64,000 bases of DNA from positions 56,544,001 through 56,608,000 of the forward strand of contig OX597829.1 in the NCBI GenBank assembly GCA_951406725.2, written 5' to 3'. Below, in pieces: positions 38,860-51,902 of the stretch. Source of the DNA: Octopus vulgaris. Its lineage: Eukaryota. The position numbers were made by a program, and so were the translations under genes. The number at the start of each line of letters is the position of its first letter. Within the stretch, counting starts at the first letter, position 1. The notes below the pieces were generated by a model, which searched no databases, was not told the origin of the DNA, and worked only from the letters and a program-made list of their open reading frames with translations.

Positions 38860-41800
38860 GATAGGGGAGCCAAGGGAGAAGTAACTGGAAGCCCCCCTGT
38901 ACCAGTGGTCCTACAAAGAAATGAGAAATTAGAAAAACAGAAGAAAAAAGGAAGGACGGAAAACAAAAATAAAGGCAAAATAACCAAAACTGAAACCCCA
39001 ACCCACCAAACAAACAACAGAGGACCCAAATCTGGAGGACCCAATACCACCCAAAACCCTACAGGAAAGAAGAAATCTAGAAGGTACCCAAGAACCTGTA
39101 AATTTTACCTGCGAGGCAAATGTTGGCTTGGGGAGGACGGCAAAAACTGCCGGTTTGCCCACCCGACACCCCGCCAGAACTACAGGGGCCTTAAAGAGAA
39201 AAACTTTACTGAGGAAAGGCAAGAAGTGTCTCCCAGGAAAACTTTCAGAAAAGAAGTGTGCTCCTCAGATGTTCTGCACAACGCAGTCTTTTTTGTGCAT
39301 GGTGCAAAGGATTGTACAGCAACTAACCTGGCTACACCAAGCACAGAGAAGGAACCCTGCCCACCACTATGCAAGACCACCACAGTCAACAGACACGGGA
39401 TGGCCTCCCCTAACGCCTGCACAGCCGTCACCCCAATACTTTTACTAAATATTGGGGGCCTGTTGCATCAAAATAAAAACAAAATTTCTTTCCTGAGAGA
39501 TCTTACTGCATGCAATCAAGCCCTATGCATAGCACTCGTGGGACTCACCTCAGCCCTGATATAGAGGACGCAGAAGTACACGTACCAAACTATGCCATAC
39601 TGCGAACAGACAGAAAGGAAAGGAGCCATGGTGGAGTTGCTGTATACATCCGAGATGACCTCACACCCCAGATCTTAATGACATACTCAAATTCGGTATG
39701 TGACACTTTAATTGTATACATAAGACAACATAATATAGTCATATGCAATGCATATTGCCCACCGGATGCCCCAAATCACACAGGCAAGTTTGAAGATTGC
39801 CTCACAAGAATTAAAGAAATCCTCATGAATCTGGAACACCACGTGACCATATTTCTTATGGGTGGTTTCAACTTCCTCAACATCAAATGGCCCAAAGGTC
39901 TCATACTCTCAGGAATGACTCATTGCAAGCAAGCACAGTTGGAGTCCCTGCACAACCTCACCAATGCCTTATTCATGGAGCAAGTTGTACTCAAACCAAC
40001 TAGGGAGAATAACATTCTGGATCTCTGCTTCACGAACAATATGGACATCATTCATGATGTGAAACGGACACCGACATTAGTCTTGGATCACAAGATAATA
40101 GAGCTGTCTATGCTTGGGCCAAAAGTAACCAAAGACATACAGCCTAAAGGAAGCACCCGAAATCTCTCCAATCTGAACTTCCACAAAGCAGATTGGAAAT
40201 CAATCCAAAAACAGATCCTCAGAGAGGACTGGCCGAAATTTCTCTCCACACCAGACATTGACATGAAACTACAATGTTTCATGTCTTCTGTGCAAGCCAT
40301 ATGCCAGAAATATGTCCCAGAGCACAAGGCCAAAACAAATAGGAGCAAAATTCCAAGAGACAGGAAGATCCTCATGAGACGACGGATGAAGGTTGAAGAT
40401 CGTCTCAACCAACATCCCAAAAGTAGCGAAATGTCCTGCCTAAAAACAACACTGAGAGAGATCAAAAAAAGAAACAGCCTCAGTGCACTACAAGATAAGA
40501 CCCCTCCTCCAAAAGGATGGCTCCCTCACAGACAGTCCAACTAAGATCAGTGAGACACTGAATGACCAGTTCAAAAGTGTCTTTACCACCCCGTTGGAAC
40601 ACAGACAACTGAACAAACCAGTGGACTTCTTTGCCGCCTCACCTATATCCAGTGAGGCAGTTACAATAGAATACATTGACATTAGTGAAGAAGATGTACT
40701 ACTAGCCATAGATGAAGTGGACACAAACCCAACTGCTGGTCCTGATGGTTTCCCAGCAATTCTCCTCAAATCGTGTAAACATGCCCTGGCAAAACCCCTC
40801 CAGATTCTCTTCCAGAGCTTTCTTACAAATGGCAAACTGCCAAGCAAGCTGGAGGAGGGAATAATATACCCAATCCATAAAGGGGGAAGTAGAGTAGATG
40901 CCAAAACCTATAGGCCTATCTTTCTGACTTCACACATCAGCAAAGTCATGGAACAGATAGTCAGAGGGAAACTAATCGCATTCCTTGAGGAAAATAACTT
41001 CCTAAGTGATACCCAACATGGTTTTCGACCAGGTAGGAGCTGCCTGACCCAGCTCTTACAACATTATGACTAGGTGTCATACTCAAATGTGGATGTAATA
41101 TACCTTGATTTTGCAAAAGCTTTTGATAAAGTGGATCATGGTATATGCCACAAACTGCGTGACCTCGGCATAGCTGGAAAACTTGGAGTGTGGTTACATG
41201 ACTTCCTGAAAGATAGGAGTCAGGCAGTAGTGGCTAATGGAGCCACCTCTATGAACACACAAATAGTGAGCGGTGTTCCACAGGGCACTGTCTTGGGACC
41301 CCTGCTTTTTATAGTAGCCCTCTCAGATATGCCCTCAAATGCCTGGATAGCCACTCTGGCAAGCTATGCAGATGATACGAAAGTCTCACAGAAAATACAG
41401 AACCCCAGCGATGTTGCACACCTGCAGCAGGAGTTGGACTCAATTTACAGATGGGCTGAGGATAATAATATGCAGTTTAATGCTGAAAAATTCCAGGCCC
41501 AGCGCTACCAGCATCCAAAACTGAATATGAAACTTACAGGGCACACCAGTCCACAGGGAATTTCAATCCCAGACCCTAAGTCAGTGAGGGACCTGGGTAT
41601 CAACATGAGTGATGATAACACTTTCTAAGTGCACATTACCATGATGGTGACAAAGTGCAGACGACTGGCTGGATGGATCCTAAGAACATTCAGAACCAGA
41701 GATAAGGAAACCATGATGGTCCTCTGGCAGACATTCATCCTCAGCCACCTGGATTACTGCTCACAGCTATGGTCACCCACCAGTGTGAAATTAACAGCGG

Positions 41801-42333
41801 ACATTGAAGTAATCCAGAGAAGATTCACAAAGATCGTCTCTTTGCAACAGCTCAGCTACTGGGTAAGGCTGAAACAGCTAAGACTCTACTCCATGGAGAG
41901 AAGACGGGAAAGGTATGCAGTAATATATGTCTGGAAGATCCTGGAAGGAATTGTGCCAAATTTTGGCTTTGTAAGCTACACCAATGCTAGAACGGGACGA
42001 CACTGCATAGTGCCAAAGATCCCAGCAATGCCATCATACCAGCTTCTGCAACAGCCTGGGTTTCAAGGGCCCACAGCTTTTTAATATTCTCCCAAAGAGT
42101 CTGAGGTACTTGCACAAAGTAGATGTAGCGGTTTTTAAATCAAAGCTGGACATCTTCCTGTCGAGAGTCCCAGATGAGCCTACCTCACGGCAAGAGGTGC
42201 AAATGAGGGTAGCTATATCAAACTCCATTCTTCATCAAGTGCCACATATTAGAGGAGGCTCCTGGTAATAACAGTGTAGTGCAAAACAGCGGTGCATCAG
42301 CATGGCCGCAGCTCTGAGCTGAAACTAAAAAAA
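38860..42333 (+). mobile_element. CR1-group LINE, near full length: CCCH zinc finger - APE - RT, few disabling mutations
   Basis: CKFYLRGKC...CRFAH; LLLNIGGL, RTDR...GGVAVYI, GGFN, NILDLCF (APE); GPDG, YRPIFLTS, QHGFRPGRSC, YLDFAKAFDKVDH, GVPQGTVLGP, YADD (RT); tail hairpin followed by an A run. Confidence 0.93.
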
Positions 42334-42349
42334 TATATATATATATACC

Positions 42350-43200
42350 TGCGCTTTCCGTCCTTCTCTGTACATCAGTCAAACAGGACGCGGCTTGGCT
42401 GACCGATTCCCAGAGCACCGCCAACACATTACACTCAGCAATGACATCCCGGCCTCGTGCCATTTCTACTCTGCCAGTCATTCATTACAACACCTATCTG
42501 TGTTTGGATTGTCTCAGCACACGGGCCATCCAGACTCCTGCCTTTGGTGTGAACAGGAATTAATCTTCTCTCTTCGCTCCTTTGCGCCACATGGGCTCAA
42601 CTTCCCTCCCCTCTTCATCTGACTTCCCTCCTCTCCTCTCTTCACTCCTATTTACCTCTCCTCTCTTGCCCTGACACCTCCTTACTCTCTTCACTCCTAC
42701 TCACCTTCACTCTTTATTGATATTCCCTCCATCCACACCCCATCCCTACACATCCCACTCCTACATACCCCATCCCTACCCCACATCTTCACCCCAAACC
42801 CACATCCCACCACACCACAGCACTCCACACACACTAGCACTGACCACTTCCCAGCACCCACACTATCATCCACACACCCACACATTACAGATGCACATAT
42901 TCACACACTCACACATCAAAGTCACCAGCCCCTATCCACACACACACACCTTCATTTTGGAATCACCAGTACTATATTATCTCCCCTTCTTCTTAGCTCT
43001 CCTTTCTAACTACCTTTGTCCAACCAGTCGCCATGATTGACTGCTAAATCCACAAATCTTTTTATTCTCTCTATTTATCTTGTGTTCCTTTCTTTTAAAG
43101 AACATAGACTCAAAACCTAAAAGACTTTCTCACCTTCCCAAGCATCAAACTAATACACCTGCTTGTTGTTTATACACCTGTCTTCGTCTTTTATTTTTCT
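42350..43200 (+). mobile_element. Penelope-like element 3' fragment (GIY-YIG endonuclease + downstream region)
   Basis: LYISQTGRGLADRFPEH...PASCHF...EQELIFSLRSFAPHGLN. Confidence 0.75.
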
Positions 43201-43222
43201 GTAAATTCCAACTGTATGTATA

Positions 43223-43628
43223 GGCGCAGGAGTGGCTGTGTGGCAAGTAGCTTGCTTACCAACCACATGCTTCCAGGTTCAGTCCCACTGCATGGCACCT
43301 TAAGCAAGTGTCTTCTACTATAGCCTTGGACCAACCAAAGTCTTACGAGTGGATTTGGTAGATGGAAACTGAAAAAAGCCCATTGTATGTATGTATGTAT
43401 GTATGTATGTATTTGTGTATCTGTGTTTGTCCCCCCACCATCACGTGACAACCGATGGTGTGTTTATGCCTCCATAACTTAGAAGTTCAGCAAAAGAGAC
43501 CAATAGAATAAGTACTAGGCTTACAAAGAATAAGTCCTGGGGTCGATTAGTTCATTTAAAGACGGTGCTCCAGCATGGCCACAGTCAAATTACTGAAACA
43601 AGTAAAAGAATTAAAAAAATAAAAGAAT
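43223..43628 (+). mobile_element. tRNA-derived SINE, family A, full length
   Basis: Collinear with 8372-8766. Confidence 0.9.
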
Positions 43629-43647
43629 ATATTTATATATACATACA

Positions 43648-43684
<37 letters not shown>

Positions 43685-43685
43685 A

Positions 43686-43900
43686 CAAGGGGATGCTGAA
43701 AAGTTCCTGGCTTTGGGTAAAAGAAAATACTGGAGGATCAGTTAATTGATTTTATCCAACATATTCCCCTCTTGGATTCACACGCTTATTGCAATAGTCT
43801 TTCAGTTTTTCTAAGTCCTTTAAAAGAACTCAGAATATTGGGCTTCCAGCCAGGCCTTTTGTGATACCCCTAAAGCCAAGAACTTTTCAGCATACCCTTA
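43686..43900. mobile_element. mariner-derived MITE
   Basis: TIRs aaggggatgctgaaaagttcctggcttt / aaagccaagaacttttcagcataccctt; TA at the left flank. Confidence 0.8.
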
Positions 43901-43929
43901 CATGTATGCTTGTATATTTTAAGCATGTC

Positions 43930-44195
43930 AGCAGTGATTTTTTCTGAAGGGCCAGCAGCTTTCCCTGTCTTTGTCACCTTAATTGCTTTATCTACCTGGG
44001 TACTGTTGATTCAGATTGCCTGCCTCTCCGTTGGGCCCACATAAGGCAGACTCTCCTTTTAGCAGCCTTTCATAGTGGTACTTCCAAGCCTCTTTCTTTG
44101 CGGAATCACTAACTGTGCAAGTGAAGCATCATCTATGCAAACACACTTCCCTCCTTCGACATGATGATTTTCTCTGATACACTTTCTGATCCTGC
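43930..44195 (-). mobile_element. RTE ORF fragment
   Basis: KKEAWKYHYERLL...VDKAIK..KTGKAAGPS, homologous to 49450-49720. Confidence 0.75.
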
Positions 44196-46096
44196 TTGAT
44201 GAAAAGAGGATCGTTCTAAAAAATTCACACATCCTGGGTGCTGTCCTGAACTTAGATACTGATTTCTTGAGTTCAAATTCATTTCAGCAACACATGGCCA
44301 AAGCCCCCTTTTTGTACCAGAGAACAATACACACAGAGCCTACATACTTCATTCTTCGCTAATGCCAAACCATTAACCCAACACTAAAGAGGCTATGCAC
44401 CTCCAATCAGCATCTCGGAAGACTTGATGATATTGTCAAGTGATAATATTTGAGCTGAAACTAACAGTAATATTCCGACTACTTTTATAACATAACTAGT
44501 AATATATTGCTTAACAATATATGATATATATTATGTAGCCTTGCTTCTCCTAATGTTGGATAGCAATAACTTGTATGTGTGCTTGTATACATACATACGT
44601 ACACACACAAATACACACAGACACACACACACATACACGAATAGAAAGAAAGAGAATTGTCAAAAACATAAAGTTGAAAAGTAAGAAATAGGTCATTATG
44701 ACATAGTTTTTCTTTTTCTCTCTTACTTTTTCATTTTTTTTCCCTGTGCTTTTTGTTTTTTGTAAAATATATTCCTACTCTTTTACTTGTTTCAGTCATT
44801 TGACTGTGACCATGCTGGAGCACTATATTTTGAATAAAGATCCTAAATTTGAAGTTTTCTTACTTGATACCTTACTGTACATGAAATTGTCATTGGTGGA
44901 CGATGCACATGTAACTGTAAATTACTATAGGATAAGATATGTGAGTAGAGGGGAGAGAGAGAGAGAGATGTTAATGCAAACAAGAAAAATAGAACTCAAA
45001 ATATGAGAATATGTATATTTTTATTAATATTTAGCAGAAGCAACAGAGTGACTCAAGGGCCAAGGGTTTCGTGCATTGGCACTTATCTATCTATCTGTCT
45101 GTCTGTCCATCTATCTATCTATCTATCTATTTATCTATCCATCTATCCATCTATATATATATATATATATATAGCAAAACAACTTCAGGGCTAGTTATTT
45201 TTCAAAATACAGACTTGACATACTGTTTTAAATTTGGTTCAAGCAAATCTCACAAAAACTTGACAGTTTAATTGTTAATTGATAGGAGCTTTTTGCTGGG
45301 GCCCTTTTCCTAGTTTATGACTTATTTTGCTTTTTTATTTAAATTGTTTTAATCAATTCTTTATTCTGAGAATTTCTTCTATGCTGTGTAAACATTTCTA
45401 CTTAGAAGAAAGAAAATATAAGTACTCACCTTCTGCTGATATGTAAGATAGACTGAATAAAATACTTCATAAATTGCAAAAATATACTTCAATAACTTCA
45501 AGAAATTCATGAGAAATACAAACAAAGCTAGCAAAACAATGACATTCACAATCATCAGAAATTATCCAGGATTCATAAATATTCAACTAAGATGGATGAG
45601 CTCTGAGTCATATTTTGTGACAAAATATTCATTATGCAGTTTGCATCTAATATGCCTGCTGTTTTGTCATTCTATCTAACTCAAAGCTCAGTCTCAGGAA
45701 TACTTGGCAAGCATCAAGCAATGCCCACATATGATAAGGGAAGAGGCGTTTCTGTAAAAGGAAAACCTAGTATTTGGATAACTGCGCAACTGTTAAAACT
45801 GGAGCAAAGGAACAATGTAGTATAAGAACTGGGTAGTATGTGATAAATTTACTTTTTCACAAATTGTTACCTGCTATTCTGCTATTCTTGTTATCTGCCA
45901 TTCATATTATGTTGTTTGTTCCTTCTTGAGCTATGCTTGGCTCATAAGGGCTGGTTTGCCGGTTTCATTGGCATATCGGTTCCGCACCTGGACGGGATTC
46001 CAGTCCATATCAGGTGAGCTGCTAGATGCAGGAGGAGAGAATAGTTTCTATAAGTATGTTTAATTTGGGGGAAACTTTTTTTATTTCAATACAGTG

Positions 46097-46172
<76 letters not shown>

Positions 46173-46173
46173 G

Positions 46174-46255
<82 letters not shown>

Positions 46256-46256
<1 letters not shown>

Positions 46257-46458
46257 GAGGTGCAATGGCCTAGTGGTTAGGGCAGCAGACTTGCGGTCAG
46301 AGGATCGCGGTTTCGATTCCCAGACCGGGCGTTGTGTGTGTTTATTGAGCAAAAACACCTAAAAGCTCCACGAGGCTCCGGCAGGAGGTGGTGATCCCTG
46401 CTGTACTCTTTCACCACTCTAAAGGCGGTGCTCCAGCATGGCCGCAGTCAAATGACTG
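46256..46458 (+). mobile_element. tRNA-derived SINE (family C head) joined to a family-A tail
   Basis: A box tggcctagtgg and B box ggtttcgattcc; from ~46420 taaaggcggtgctccagcatggccgcagtcaaatgactg. Confidence 0.75.
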
Positions 46459-46539
46459 TTTTATGTTTCATTTTTATTTCAATAAAGTGTATTTTATATA
46501 TAGAACCTCATCCGACGACAGACACGCATGCCAACCCCC

Positions 46540-46963
46540 TTTGCTTGCGAAGACATGTTGGGGCAAGTGAAATCGAAATCGAAATCGAATTGAACCAATC
46601 CTATGACTGGCACCCGGCAGATGCCAGGACCCCTGGACTGGTGGTACATAAAAAGCACTATCCGACTCGTGGCCAATGCCAGCGCCGCCTCAACTGGCTT
46701 CCGTGCTGGTGGCACATAAAATGCACCAATCCGACCGTAGCTGTTGCCAGCCTCGCCTGGCACCTGTGCAGGTGGCACGTAAAAAGCCCCCACTACACTC
46801 ACGGAGTGGTTGGCGTTAGGAAGGGCATCCAGCTGTAGAAACATTGCCAGATAAGACTGGAGCCTGGTGCAGCCTTCTGGCTTCCCAGATCCCCGGTCGA
46901 ACAGTCCAACCCATGCTAGCATGGAGAACGGACGTTAAACGATGATGATGATGATGATGATGA
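46540..46963 (+). mobile_element. 5'-truncated RTE copy (modular 3' UTR)
   Basis: (gaaatc)n, three modular units, conserved tail, (GAT)n. Confidence 0.82.
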
Positions 46964-46974
46964 TATATATATTA

Positions 46975-47665
46975 TAAACAGCAAAGTTGACATGGCTCGC
47001 AGAATGTGTTCCTGGATTCTCAGAACTTTCCAGTCAAGAGATATCCATACCATTATCCTTCTCTTCTCTACATTTTTCTGACCCTACCTTGAATACTGTT
47101 GTCCACTGTGGTCTCCCCACACTGAACAATGTATCTTGAAAACTGAAGCACCTCAAAGGTCAATTACAAAAATGACAGATGGCATGATAGGCCTTGACTA
47201 TTGGGGTCGACTAGAAAATCTCAAGCTTTATTCTCTCCAATGCTGCTGTGAGCGTTACATCATCTGCATGATGTGGAAAATATTCCATCAGCATTGCCTA
47301 AATGATGTTTAAGATACACGCAACACTTGGACCCCATACTATCCACTTACAGCATAAACCATACTCACATCACGTAACAACAATCCAGCACAATTATTTC
47401 ATCTCAATTGGCCCTGCTCTCTTTAACATTACCCCAAAACACATTAAAGCAGAAACAAACCCCATAAAATTCAAGAAGTTGAGAAATCCCTTAAAAAAAT
47501 CCCAGATAAACCTCCTATACATTGATATGTCTCCATAAACAATAACTCTCTCCTTGAGTCAGCCATTGTATCCGATTCCTGATTTGAATGACTTTGCCAA
47601 GTGGTGCTATTGAGTTAGACATGGCCTGGGCCAATACTGGCCGAAAGCTATTAAAGTATCAAAGT
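46975..47665 (+). mobile_element. Second CR1-group LINE family, 3' fragment
   Basis: MCSWILRTF, YLEYCCPLWSP, LDYWGRLENLKLYSL; tail catggcctgggccaatactggccgaaa. Confidence 0.8.
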
Positions 47666-48403
47666 ATGTATATATATATATAGAACTAAGTAAGATAGGG
47701 GTTATGAGGGTAACCCACTATGGGATATCAGTTATCCAATATACTGCTGGTGAAGCACCCAAATACTAAATACATAAATGCTTATAACTGCAATGCAATT
47801 AATTCATTTATTGTATTATATGGGCGAAGGTAAAATATTTTACTGCATATTCATAATAGAAATAAGAAAATGGAGGAACAAATTCATTTCAATCATCGAC
47901 TTACGGATAATACCAATTCATATTAGTTATTAACTATATAAATAGGAACATCCAAATCAAACAAAACAATATACATCAATATGCAAGATAATAATACTAT
48001 AAGAATAATACACATAAAATGGTCCTTACAGCTGTTTCAGCTTATGGTCAAGAGGTAATCCACCTTAAATTGCTCATATATGCCATTATAGTATAGTTTT
48101 AGGCATTAAAGATTATATTTGTCTGTTTAAATAACCAAAGGCCTTGTCAGAGGATATACATAATTATAAAGTTATAATAATATAATAATAATATTGATAT
48201 ATAAAAAATACATGCTTCCCATACTATCCTATAAGAACAAGAAGGTAAATGGTAAAACAGATACTCAAAATACCTATATATATATACACATATATATATA
48301 TATATATACACATATATAAACATAAACACATATATACATATAAAATATAAAAAATACATACATATATATAATATAAAATATAAAAATATACATACATACG
48401 TTC

Positions 48404-48805
48404 GCCAGCCTCGTCTGGCACCTGTGTCGGTGGCACATAAAAAACACCATCCGAGCGTGGCTGTCTGCCAGCCTCGTCTGGCACCTGTGTCGGTGGCACA
48501 TAAAAACACCATCCGAGCGTGGCTGTCTGCCAGCCTCGTCTGGCACCTGTGTCGGTGGCACATAAAAACACCATCCGAGCGTGGCCGTCTGCCAGCCTCA
48601 TCTGGCACCTGTGTCGGTGGCACATAAAATCACCCACTACACTCTCAGAGTGGTTGGCGTTAGGAAGGGCATCCAGCTGTAGAAACACTGCCAGATCTGA
48701 CTGGCCTGGTGCAGCCTTTGGGCTTGCCAGACCCCAGTTGAACCGTCCAACCCATGCTAGCATGGAAAGCGGACGTTAAACGATGATGATGATGATGATG
48801 ATGAT
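48404..48805 (+). mobile_element. RTE 3' UTR copy with homogenised 62-63-bp tandem array
   Basis: Units start at 48404, 48467, 48529 and 48591, followed by the conserved tail and (GAT)n. Confidence 0.88.
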
Positions 48806-49004
48806 ATACACACACATGCAAAACGTACATATTAATCACATGTGCAAAAAACATGAAGAACAACATTGAACAGTATATCACATTACTTTGGATTGTCATG
48901 CTTCTTATAGATGCACATATATATACACACACATAAGCACAAACAAGATATTTGCGTGAACTTGTTCCTCCATTTTTTTATTTGTTTTAACATATATATA
49001 TATA

Positions 49005-49722
49005 GTCTCAAGGCCAGAAGGATACCAAGAAGCAGACCAATCCAAAAAAGAAGGATTTGGAGGCTAAAGAACCCTTCACATGGTCAGAGATTTAGGGACA
49101 TCCTCATCAAGAAATTTGAGGAGGCGGAGGAGGGGCTACAGACATCGGACATAGAAGGTAACTAGAAATTCCTACGAGACAGCTTGCTGAATGCCACAGA
49201 CCAAGTCTGTGGATGGTGCAAAGTCCCTTCCAGACCTAGAGTTACGTGGTGGTGGAATAGTATGGTAGACAAAGCCATTAGGGCAAAGAAACAGGCCGGG
49301 AAAGCCTGGAAGGATGGGGGTAGCAGGGAACTGTACCAAGTAGCCAAAAGGGAGGCTGGGTGGCAGGTATACATAGCCAAAAGCGAAGCAGAAAAGAAGA
49401 AGTTTGCCAATGTCCAGCGACATGAGGACCAAAGAACCGAGGTATTTTGGATTGCAAGACAGTGTGTGAGAGAAAATTGTGATGTTACAGGAGAGAAGTG
49501 TGTCTGCATGGATGATGGTGCACTTGCTTTTAATGTTTCTGAAAAGAAAGAGGCTTGGAGAAGCCATTATGAAAGACTGCTGAATGTGGAAAATGAATGG
49601 GAGGAGGAGAGCCTGCCAAATGTTGGCCCAGTAGAGGAACCAGCTATCCTGATAGACAGTACCCTGGTAGATAAAGCAATTAAGAGTATGAAGCCAGGAA
49701 AAGCCCCCCGGCCCATCAGGAA
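49005..49722 (+). mobile_element. RTE ORF fragment (between APE and RT)
   Basis: TWWWN..V.KAIRAKK, KKEAWRSHYERLLNVEN, MKPGKA. Confidence 0.85.
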
Positions 49723-49730
49723 CTTCTACT

Positions 49731-50090
49731 ATAGTGTGACTTACACTGAACTGGTATTTATCAACATCTTGTCTGAACATTCATTTGTATCTTGAGAGAC
49801 TCATTTTCTATTGTTCTTTATTGTTCCGTACACACTCATGAACACACTGACACACACTTATGTTGCAGTCACAAACACACCCTTGTTTGTACTTATATCG
49901 CACACACAGGCACACTCTACTGGCACACATACACGCTCTTATCACATGTAGGCATCTGTAAATAAAATCTTTCTCTTAAACATTAACGGTTGTGTCGTCT
50001 TCTCCTTATTCCTTTTGGCACTGATCTTGGCTCCTTCTTCTCCTTTGTAAGGCAAACGTGCAGCATCTAAAAGGAGACATTCTGTCACCA
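49731..50090 (+). mobile_element. Putative solo-LTR-like insertion
   Basis: TCTACT repeated at 49725-49730 and 50091-50096; gtgac/gtcac inverted ends; internal aataaa. Confidence 0.4.
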
Positions 50091-50148
50091 TCTACTTTAT
50101 GTACAGTTGTCTCTACACATCTGTTTGTTGTCTACACCACCATATGTA

Positions 50149-50149
<1 letters not shown>

Positions 50150-50218
<69 letters not shown>

Positions 50219-50410
50219 CGTATCTTTGTGTCTGTATTTGTCCACCACCACCATTTCATAACTGGTGTTGGTATGGTAATGTTCTTTGTAACTTAACAGT
50301 TCAGCAAAAGAGACTTTAAAAAATAACTGTTTGTGTTGATTTGTTTGACTAAAAATTCTTCAAGGTGCTGCCCCAGTATGGCTGCAGTATAATGACTGAA
50401 ACAAAAAATA
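50150..50410 (+). mobile_element. SINE family A, 3' half, diverged
   Basis: gttcagcaaaagagac...cagtatggctgcagtataatgactgaaac. Confidence 0.65.
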
Positions 50411-50479
50411 AAAGTTAATAAGACACACACACACATGCACACACACACACACACAGAGTTTGGACAAGCAGGCAAGATC

Positions 50480-50850
50480 TTTTCCCAACACAGCCTATCA
50501 CCAATTCCTTTTATTTTCAGTGGACTGAGCTTCTTAGTACACATTTTCTCATCCATCCTGATCCTATGCTCAGACCTCCTCTCGTGACTCCTCTTGTGCT
50601 TAGTTTCGCTCTCAGTTCATTTGTAGGTCATTATTCTGACACACTTATGTTACCCATCCAGCAGAGCATATTCACTTCATTTCCTTGTAGTCTTTGCAAA
50701 TCCTCTGCAATAAACTTGCATGTCTCACTACGATGCAGCATGAAACTTTGTGGGGAAACATTATACTGTTCACTCTGAAAGAAAATCTCTCTTTTGCCAG
50801 TAGAGATAACAGCTTTCAAAACTTTTTCCCACCAGTTTCTTACTTTGGCT
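50480..50850 (-). mobile_element. RTE ORF C-terminal fragment
   Basis: MLHRSETC...EDLQRLQGNEVNMLCWM. Confidence 0.7.
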
Positions 50851-51491
50851 ACAAATGCAAACCATAATCCACCACCGTGACCTACATAACAGAAGCAATC
50901 AAGTGTATATGTACATAACATGCATGCACACCTTTGTGTGTGTGTGTGTGTGTGTAAGGAAGAGAATCGAATCGAATGGGAAAACGTATTATCTTACCTA
51001 CAAAAAAGGTTTACAAAACTATGTCATGTTGACCTATATTCTAAAATTTGTATTTCCAGCTGTTTACTTGTTATAGTTTCTTTGTCTCGCTCTCAAATAA
51101 TAAAGAACACTGTATACCGGTGTGTTAACCATTACTGGATGCAAAGAGTATAAAATTTAGCCTTACTATAAGTGAGCAATTATAAAATCACAGTGCAATA
51201 ATGTCAAATTTGTTTATTTCCAATTTATTGGTAATCTATTTATAAGCAATTTTTTTGTCAAAAAACCGGATGTCTGAGATTCTACACTTTATGCTCTTCC
51301 TACCATATTTATTTCTTTAGTTCTAGTTATTTATTTTTATTCATATCACATAAATACAATTTACAATGGTTTCCCTTAGGGACGGTTTTATAATTTGTTG
51401 GCATTTTGGTAAAGATAGTTATGTATGTATGTATGTATATTTATTCTTTTATTTGTTTCACTCATTTGACTGTGGCTATGCTGGAGCACTA

Positions 51492-51830
51492 TCAAAAATC
51501 AAAATCAAAAGCAAATCAAGATTGAAATCAAAATAGAAATTGTAGTTGTGGCTAATGCAAGTGCCACCTGACTGGCACCCGTGCTGGTGGCACATAATAA
51601 CCATCATTCAAGTGTGGGTCAATGCCAGTGCCGCTTGACTGGCTCCCATGCTGGTGACATGTAAATAGCACCGACTACACACTTGGAGCAGTTGGTGTTA
51701 TGAAGGGCATCAAGCTGTAGAAACCTTGCCAGATCAGATTTGAGCTTGGTGCAACCTACTGGCTTGCCAATCCTCAGTCCAATCCATGCCAGCTTGGAAA
51801 ACGGACGTTAAACGATGGTGATGATGATGA
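51492..51830 (+). mobile_element. RTE 3' UTR copy
   Basis: (aaaatc)n, two modular units, tail and (GAT)n. Confidence 0.78.
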
Positions 51831-51867
51831 TGGCATACCCACACACATACACACACACACACATGCC

Positions 51868-51902
<35 letters not shown>

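Noticed and set aside
43090-43125. Hammerhead ribozyme after the Penelope GIY-YIG fragment
   Set aside because: Neither the CTGANGA nor the CGAAA core is intact in this copy.
45420-45460. Minus-strand micro-exon with strong AG|GTGAGT donor at 45430
   Set aside because: No recognisable coding partner exon; the splice-like motif alone is insufficient.
46256-46330. tRNA gene
   Set aside because: A and B boxes are present, but there is no proper acceptor stem and the sequence continues into a SINE body.
48404-48634. CRISPR-like repeat array (also the 7.4-7.6 kb units)
   Set aside because: Units are contiguous with no unique spacers, no cas genes are present, the context is eukaryotic, and the array is part of an RTE 3' UTR.
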